A DNA stretch of 5,407 bases from an uncultured archaeon (lineage in GTDB: Archaea; Asgardarchaeota; Lokiarchaeia; Sigyniarchaeales; Promethearchaeaceae): positions 4,886 through 10,292 of the forward strand of contig CAYRPF010000091.1 in NCBI GenBank assembly GCA_964426185.1. The letters are read 5' to 3'. The notes under the pieces were generated by a model. It saw only the letters and a program-made list of their open reading frames with translations, was not told the origin of the DNA and did not search any database. Each line of letters opens with the position of its first letter. Position 1 is the first letter of the stretch. This document shows positions 1-5,407 of this stretch, piece by piece. Both the position numbers and the translations under genes were made by a program.

Positions 1-179
1 TAATCTTCTGAATTTTTGGGAAATTAAAATTTCCGCTTTTAAGTTATTACCCAATCATGCTTTTCAAAATAATGAGAGATCTTTTTCAATATTCATATTT
101 TATCTTACCCATGCATAAGGAGGGGGTAAAAATTAATCCATGCATCTCTGAATCTTGCCGGATTCAACTGCTCCACACC

Positions 180-851
180 ATGTTTAACACTATTAAGGGT
201 TATTCTTTGCTATTGGAGCAACTTCAACCCGATCCAGACAATTTTTTAACCGATTCTTCCAGTTTACGAAAACCTTTCGCGTTTAAAACACTAATTGCCA
301 CGATTCTTTCTGTGAGAACACGCGATGAAACAATAATTAAGGTAATTGAGAACTTATGGAAACACTATTCCACCCCGCAGACATTGGCTGCTGCTCCCTT
401 GGAACATCTGGAAGAATTAATTCGTAGCAGTGGCACTTACAAGCAGAAAGCAAAGAGAATTAAAGAAACCGCCCGAATCATCCATGAAAGATATAACGAT
501 GAAGTGCCCGAAGATATTGCTGAATTACTAAAATTACCTGGTGTGGGTCGAAAAGTCGCTAATTGCGTGTTAGTCGTTTCTTTTAACAAACCAGCTATTC
601 CAGTAGATACTCATGTTCATCGTATTGCAAATCGAATTGGCTGGGTTAATACAAAAACCCCGGAACAAACTGAGTTTGCTTTGCAAGAGTTATTTCCTGA
701 AGAAGAATGGAGATGGATTAATTATACAATGGTGAGTTTCGGAAAAAATATTTGTCTTCCCATTAATCCCCGCTGCGATAGTTGTCCAATAACTCAAAAA
801 TGTGAGAAAAAAATTCAAATGAAAGAAAAGAAGCAGAAAGGTAAAAAATAG
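180..851 (+). CDS. nth: Endonuclease III (HhH-GPD DNA glycosylase/AP lyase with 4Fe-4S cluster)
   Basis: Motifs (ORF-track numbering): FKTLIATILSVRTRDE; helix-hairpin-helix LLKLPGVGRKVANCVL with catalytic Lys (K166); IPVDTHVHRIANRIG with catalytic Asp (D184); Fe-S motif C233-X6-C240-X2-C243-X5-C249. The ORF track starts at 57, but the first 41 codons look unlike Nth. ATG at 180 gives 223 aa, a typical size, so the start is my inference. Stop TAG at 849-851. Confidence 0.95.
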   Translation: MFNTIKGYSLLLEQLQPDPDNFLTDSSSLRKPFAFKTLIATILSVRTRDETIIKVIENLWKHYSTPQTLAAAPLEHLEELIRSSGTYKQKAKRIKETARIIHERYNDEVPEDIAELLKLPGVGRKVANCVLVVSFNKPAIPVDTHVHRIANRIGWVNTKTPEQTEFALQELFPEEEWRWINYTMVSFGKNICLPINPRCDSCPITQKCEKKIQMKEKKQKGKK

Positions 852-853
852 CA

Positions 854-2830
854 TCATTCATTAGATTTTTTGATTTCCTTGTAGGAAACCAGCATTTTTC
901 TCTCTTCAAGAGGTAAATTTTTCAAAATTTCTATGCTTTCACATACTTTTTCATAATATTTCATTTTCTCTTTTCTCTGTTCCTGCGTAATTAACTTCTG
1001 CAAATATTCTCTCTTCAAAGTTTTAGGTATGTTTTCAATAAGGTTGGAAATTTTTTCTGGATTATTGATATATTCATCATTTTTGCCAACTTTTATAACA
1101 TAATCTCGAGAAAGTTGCCATAAATTTTTCGTTAACTCATTAATAAATAAGGAAACTTTCAAAATCATCGTTATTTCGCTTAATTTATCCATAAAGAATT
1201 CATGTGCTTCTTGCAATTTTTTAAAATTTTCCCTATTCAAAAACAACTTCTCAAATGGTTTAATTTCTTGATAAATTTCTTTGATGATTTTTAATACCGA
1301 AAAAAGATAGCGAGATACCATGATTGCTTCTTCTTTGAATGTAGAAAGAACATTGTTCTCATTCCACTCTGTATACAATCCAGCTATGACTTTACTCAGC
1401 GGGGTGAATATTTTTGGCTCTACTCCGATGGCTTCTTCTTCGGTACTTTTTTGTTTCAGAACCCATTGAAGCTTATGGAGAAGATTTTCAAACTCGCGCA
1501 GTAATTTCTGTTTTAAGTCAAAATCTTCATCAGAAATCTTAGTCTTTTGAGTCGAAAATGTAGCGGTGAGATTTTTTACATGTATTCCTGCTTTTTCACA
1601 TGTTTCAATATCATGTAAGGGAATTGTTGCTTGAAATCCTTCCGAAAAGAGGTCAGCGGTGATGTCGTTCACACCACGGATAATTTTATCGAAAAATTGG
1701 TTGAAATTGATTAAAGAATTACGAATATCAAGATATGTGTCTTTATAATAATTCCATTTGGGAAACAGAGAATTTAACATCATTTTTATGCGATTATTTT
1801 TTGAAATCTTCTGGTAGCTTGGTATATCTTCCAATGAATCAGGGAAATTTGCATCATTTGAAAAATTAGGTAAGGTTAGCACTGCATCAAAGAAGTTCGA
1901 GACTAATTCTTTAGATATATCTAATTGGATGGATTCAATTTTTGAACTAATTTTTTCTTGCAATAGTCTAATTTCTTTTTCTACTGCATGTAAATTTTCG
2001 AAATCTTTGGTGAGTCGCCCTTGTAATAGAATTACTTTGGTTGAAGAACCCAATTTTTCCAGTATTTTATTCAAATAAGGTGTGTACTTCTCAGAAAAGG
2101 GCGTATTTGATAGCATTGTTAGCATGCTCATCGTATATGCTAATAAACCATCATATTTTTGGAAAATATTCTCAATTAATGGACCCTCTGCTTGTTCGGA
2201 AAGTAGTAACTCCTTAATATTAACTTGTTTTATCTTTTTGGCGCCTTTTGTCTCATCTTCCAAATCGACATCAAAAATATAGCTAAGCAGACCATTCCAA
2301 GATTGAATTTGCTCAAATTTTTCATGTTCTTTTTTTGCATTATCTAAGACATATTGAACAATTCCTTCAATGGTGGTTATATTAGAATTCCTATTTTTTT
2401 GGATTGGACGAAGTTCATTCTGCAAATTTTTAAACTTCTCTTCAGATAAGGTAATTTGTTTTGGATCAATTTGATCAAAATCGATCTCCTGATCTGCGAG
2501 AGTACGAATTACTATTTTTCCTAAATTAAACAAAGAATGCAGCATATAATACAATTCTGGGCGAGAATCTTCTACAGCTAAGTTTGAAATTCCTCTCGCA
2601 AAAATTTGACCAAGTAAATGGATTTTATCTAATATAATCATAATTTCTTGAATGGGGGATTTAATCTCGTCCATTTCATTCCAATCTAATCCAAAAACCT
2701 CTTCCATAACTTGAGTTGCAAATTGTTGAATCAAAGGATTTGATAATTGGCCATAAAGCGAATTCATCCGTTTTTTCAATTGTTTTATTCTGATATTAAA
2801 CATCTGCAGTAAAATGAAACCGAGCTTCAA
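854..2830 (-). CDS. Large hypothetical protein, probably soluble and all-alpha/coiled-coil (up to 658 aa)
   Basis: Uninterrupted ~2-kb ORF in AT-rich DNA, rich in K/E/I/L/N with amphipathic heptad-like stretches (e.g. FENLHAVEKEIRLLQEKISSKIESIQ). No P-loop, clear TM segment or enzyme motif recognised. The ORF-track start is TTG at 2830; alternative in-frame ATGs lie at 2803 and 2767. Confidence 0.85.
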   Translation of the reverse strand: MKLGFILLQMFNIRIKQLKKRMNSLYGQLSNPLIQQFATQVMEEVFGLDWNEMDEIKSPIQEIMIILDKIHLLGQIFARGISNLAVEDSRPELYYMLHSLFNLGKIVIRTLADQEIDFDQIDPKQITLSEEKFKNLQNELRPIQKNRNSNITTIEGIVQYVLDNAKKEHEKFEQIQSWNGLLSYIFDVDLEDETKGAKKIKQVNIKELLLSEQAEGPLIENIFQKYDGLLAYTMSMLTMLSNTPFSEKYTPYLNKILEKLGSSTKVILLQGRLTKDFENLHAVEKEIRLLQEKISSKIESIQLDISKELVSNFFDAVLTLPNFSNDANFPDSLEDIPSYQKISKNNRIKMMLNSLFPKWNYYKDTYLDIRNSLINFNQFFDKIIRGVNDITADLFSEGFQATIPLHDIETCEKAGIHVKNLTATFSTQKTKISDEDFDLKQKLLREFENLLHKLQWVLKQKSTEEEAIGVEPKIFTPLSKVIAGLYTEWNENNVLSTFKEEAIMVSRYLFSVLKIIKEIYQEIKPFEKLFLNRENFKKLQEAHEFFMDKLSEITMILKVSLFINELTKNLWQLSRDYVIKVGKNDEYINNPEKISNLIENIPKTLKREYLQKLITQEQRKEKMKYYEKVCESIEILKNLPLEERKMLVSYKEIKKSNE

Positions 2831-2845
2831 AATAAATTTATCTTA

Positions 2846-2855
2846 CATTTAAAAA
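2846..2855 (-). promoter_or_regulatory. Possible archaeal TATA-like box (TTTTTAAATG) upstream of the 658-aa gene
   Basis: TTTAAA core in the 57-nt spacer. The spacing would put a TSS near 2825 and favour the ATG at 2803 or 2767. Weak, because such hexamers are common at this AT content. Confidence 0.2.
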
Positions 2856-2887
2856 GAGGATGTTTTGTTGTTTTTTTCCTAAGTAGT

Positions 2888-3562
2888 TCAATTTTCAAGA
2901 TCTTTTAAGGTCTTTCGCAATTTTGCATTACTTTGAGCAATTTGATTGAGTAAACTCCGTTGTTCTTCATTAAATTCTTCGCCGAATTTGCGTTTCAATT
3001 CTAGTAACGCATTATGAATTATATCAAGTCGAGTTTGAAATTCTTCCTTTAATTCTTTATTAATTTGGTTTTTCTCGCTCTGAAAAATGATGGAATTTAA
3101 TTGAATAGATTTGGTAATGTTCTTACCCTCAACAGAAATGTTATACCCTTGTCGTGTGAGGGCTCGCGTAATTGCTGCGACAAGATTATTTCGGTTTGCT
3201 GGTTTTTCCAAATAATCTGAAGCCCCTAGTTTTATTGCTTGTAAAGCGGTTTCTAAATTTGGCTCTCCAGTGACAAAAATAATTACCGAATCGATTTTGA
3301 ACTCTTCTTGCAGTTTTGCCACTAACCTTAAGCCATTCATTTCTGGAAGAATAATATCCACTAAGATCAAATCGAAATTTAAAGATTCAACTGCTTCTTT
3401 GGCACTACTATAATTGTAGGCGGTTTCACAGTAAAATCCCGCTCTTTTAAGCATTTTTTTCAGTGATTTCCTGATTGGTTCTTCATCATCAATTATCAGT
3501 ATTTTCCCTTGTTTTACTTCTGTAGAGATTTTTGAAGCGATTGTAGTTTTTTTCTTAGTCAT
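2888..3562 (-). CDS. Response regulator: CheY-like receiver domain plus C-terminal helical domain resembling a degenerate HisKA/DHp
   Basis: All canonical REC residues are present: KILIIDDE (acidic pocket D25/D26), DLILVD (phospho-acceptor D69), LPEMNG, IIFVTG (T98), GASDYLEKP (Y117, K120-P). The C-terminal ~85 aa has no recognisable HTH, AAA+ or GGDEF domain. Confidence 0.93.
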   Translation of the reverse strand: MTKKKTTIASKISTEVKQGKILIIDDEEPIRKSLKKMLKRAGFYCETAYNYSSAKEAVESLNFDLILVDIILPEMNGLRLVAKLQEEFKIDSVIIFVTGEPNLETALQAIKLGASDYLEKPANRNNLVAAITRALTRQGYNISVEGKNITKSIQLNSIIFQSEKNQINKELKEEFQTRLDIIHNALLELKRKFGEEFNEEQRSLLNQIAQSNAKLRKTLKDLEN

Positions 3563-3568
3563 TATTTA

Positions 3569-3572
3569 CACC
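3569..3572 (-). promoter_or_regulatory. Possible Shine-Dalgarno (GGTG) for the response regulator
   Basis: The minus strand reads ATGGTGTAAATAATG. GGTG lies 6 nt upstream of the ATG at 3562 and is the only G-rich patch in an A/T-rich 47-nt spacer. Confidence 0.45.
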
Positions 3573-3609
3573 ATAAATTTTTCATTAAGAGTTAAAAAGT
3601 TTATTTTTG

Positions 3610-5406
3610 TTAAATAGATGGGAAATCCAGGATAAATTTAGTTCCTCTTTGAATGTTGAAATTAAAAAACATGCTATCTTCTTCTTCCTGCGAACATACT
3701 GTAATATAGGCATTATGATTTATCGCGATTAGTTTAACAATAGCCAGACTTAATCCTACATGCATCTCTGGTGATGGCCAGTTTGAATAGAATGGATCAT
3801 AAAGGTGTTCCTTTTGTTCTGGAGTGATGCCTATTCCGTTATCAGATATTTCAAATCGATAGAATCGACGTTTATTTAAATTTATTGGCTTTAAAACTAA
3901 TTCTATTTTTCCTCGAATTTCTTTTTCTTTATTAAATTCAATAGCTAGGATTGCATTTTCGATTAACGCAGAAATTACGAATTGAAGTTGTTTGAAATTT
4001 CCATAAACTAATGCAATTTCTAATTCTGAGATAAAACTTATATCTATATGATTTGCATATTCTGAATTCTTGAAATTTTGAAGAGATTGGCTAATTACCT
4101 CAAGTAAATTTGTGTTATCCCGAAAATGTTTCTCTGTAGCAATCTCTGAGAAATATCTGACTTTTTTTAGAACTTCTCTAATCCTATTTCCTTGATTTAT
4201 TGCTTCATTTAATTGGTTTTGTAATTCTTTTTTAATATTAAGTAAATTTTCATCTATTATTTCTTTATTGAGATGATTTTCTTCCCAATCTTTTATATCA
4301 TCTAAAGAAAGGGAGATAAGTGAAAGCAGACTCATAAGAGGATTATTTATTTGATGATTTAATTTTGATATGATAGAACCAATGGAAGCTAATTTTTCTG
4401 CGGTAATTAATTCTTTCTGAGCTTGACTCAGTTGCTGTTCTTTGATAGATAATGCAATATTTTTCTGATTTAATTTAAGAGAAGACTCATGTAATTTTGT
4501 TTGTAAATCTTTTGTTTTAGTTATATCTCTTCCAGTAAGCAATAGGGATTCTAATTCTCCTTTTTGGTTATTTATCGGAATTATGGAAACTTCTACTATT
4601 AATTCGTTTATTAATTTATGGTTCATAGAATCTTTTTTAGGAACAAAAATTAATTCTTGATTTTGGATAAATTTACCTTTCCTTGCTTCAGATAAGAAAT
4701 TTATAAATTTTTCTTCATTTTCTCCTTTTTTCAAGGGAAGAAATTTGTTTATTATTTCATGAGCGGAATATTTTAGAACTTTTTCTGCAACATCGTTCCA
4801 CAATTTTATTTTACCGTTTACATCAAGATTTATGATGATATCTGGGTTAGAATTGACTAAAATATCTAAAAAATTGGTTGTTTCTTGATTTAATTCTGAG
4901 ATCGATAGAAATTCTTGCTGTAAGTGGGCATTTAATATGGCGATCCCTAATTGAGTCAATATAATGGGAAAATATTTTAATTCTTCTTCTTGAAATTTCT
5001 TGGTGCGTTCTTTATAATAAAAACAAATTGTTGCGGTAAGCTCACTTTGGCGGATATTAATAATTCCTCCTACTGCAAGGTAGAAATTTGCGGGTTTTAA
5101 TACGGGAAGTGCATCCATGTTTTTAGAATAATTAGATAATTGAATCCATATTCTTTCTTGATTATTGAATAGCCTGCCATCTAATCCTCCTCTATCTGGG
5201 GAGAGAATCCGCCCCCTAAGAGGGATTTCTGGTGGTATATTTACCGTGCTATGAAATACACCTAAATTTCCTGTCCAAATAACAATCGTTGCGGCATCTG
5301 CTTCCAAAATTTCTGCAGTTCGAGAAAGTAAACGTGTTAAATTCTTTGTAGGGTCATCAGATTTTAATATTTCTCCCCAGATTTTCTTTTGAAAAATTTT
5401 GCTTTT
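3610..5406 (-). CDS. Cytoplasmic sensor histidine kinase-like protein, GAF-PAS-HisKA-HATPase_c, 5'-partial
   Basis: I translated upstream of the ORF-track TTG (5307). The frame has no stop to the window edge (KSKIFQKKIWGEILKSDDPTKNLTRLLSRTAEILEADAATIVIW), so the gene probably starts outside the window. GAF: LLSRTAEILEADAATIVIW ... FQEEELKYFPIILTQLGIAILNAHL (~4925-5350). PAS: ILVNSNPDIIINLDVNGKIKLWNDVAEKVLKYSAHEIINK ... GRDIT (~4520-4880). H-box: AEKLASIGSIISKLNHQINNPL (His codon 4354-4356). N-box LIENAILA, G1 ISDNGIGI, F-box LYDPFYS, degenerate G2 HVGLSL, terminal GTKFILDFP. Confidence 0.92.
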   Translation of the reverse strand, partial: KSKIFQKKIWGEILKSDDPTKNLTRLLSRTAEILEADAATIVIWTGNLGVFHSTVNIPPEIPLRGRILSPDRGGLDGRLFNNQERIWIQLSNYSKNMDALPVLKPANFYLAVGGIINIRQSELTATICFYYKERTKKFQEEELKYFPIILTQLGIAILNAHLQQEFLSISELNQETTNFLDILVNSNPDIIINLDVNGKIKLWNDVAEKVLKYSAHEIINKFLPLKKGENEEKFINFLSEARKGKFIQNQELIFVPKKDSMNHKLINELIVEVSIIPINNQKGELESLLLTGRDITKTKDLQTKLHESSLKLNQKNIALSIKEQQLSQAQKELITAEKLASIGSIISKLNHQINNPLMSLLSLISLSLDDIKDWEENHLNKEIIDENLLNIKKELQNQLNEAINQGNRIREVLKKVRYFSEIATEKHFRDNTNLLEVISQSLQNFKNSEYANHIDISFISELEIALVYGNFKQLQFVISALIENAILAIEFNKEKEIRGKIELVLKPINLNKRRFYRFEISDNGIGITPEQKEHLYDPFYSNWPSPEMHVGLSLAIVKLIAINHNAYITVCSQEEEDSMFFNFNIQRGTKFILDFPSI

Positions 5407-5407
5407 T

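Noticed and set aside
1-54. Possible start of a divergent minus-strand gene (TTG at 54, LGNNLKAEILISQKFRRL, open to the window edge)
   Set aside because: Only 18 codons are visible, with no recognisable motif or RBS. It cannot be supported without flanking sequence.
139-150. 12-mer CATGCATCTCTG repeated at 3759-3770
   Set aside because: A single 12-nt match within 5.4 kb is about chance expectation, and the second copy is inside coding sequence.
57-179. 41-aa N-terminal extension of Nth from the ORF track
   Set aside because: No resemblance to Nth. ATG 180 gives a normal-length protein, so this is likely an artefact of calling the longest ORF (not proven).
180-851. Somewhat higher GC in nth than in parts of the kinase gene as a sign of horizontal transfer
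   Set aside because: Explained by amino-acid composition. No mobility genes, att sites or terminal repeats were seen.
2082-2282. 66-aa + strand ORF (GTG start)
   Set aside because: Lies wholly antisense inside the 658-aa gene. Its Ser/Phe/Ile-rich composition is typical of a shadow frame, and it has no RBS or motif.
2831-2890. Idea that the response regulator is a truncated or frameshifted REC-HisKA-HATPase hybrid kinase pseudogene
   Set aside because: A second in-frame stop follows quickly (TGA ACT ACT TAG), the spacer is short and low-complexity, and the downstream ORF shows no N/G1/G2 boxes.
1-5407. CRISPR array, tRNA/rRNA, IS element or tandem repeats
   Set aside because: No regularly spaced repeats, cloverleaf-like segments or transposase/integrase motifs were seen, and nearly all of the sequence is accounted for by four CDSs.

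Overview
AT-rich, fully coding window with four genes. An endonuclease III (nth) gene on the + strand converges, with only a 2-nt gap, on a co-directional three-gene cluster on the - strand. In order of transcription that cluster is: a cytoplasmic GAF-PAS-HisKA-HATPase_c sensor kinase whose frame is open past the right window edge, a response regulator (REC plus short C-terminal helical domain), and a 658-aa helical hypothetical protein. Gene style suggests an archaeon, possibly Asgard/Lokiarchaeia (inference only). The most notable signal is that the two-component pair looks non-canonical. The kinase has a degenerate H-box (HQINNPL rather than HE/D) and G2 box (HVGLSL rather than GxGLGL). The regulator's output domain resembles a His-less HisKA/DHp helical hairpin. 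This may be a pseudokinase/phosphatase-type, protein-interaction signalling module linked to an unknown large helical protein. No RNA genes, mobile elements or CRISPR arrays were recognised.
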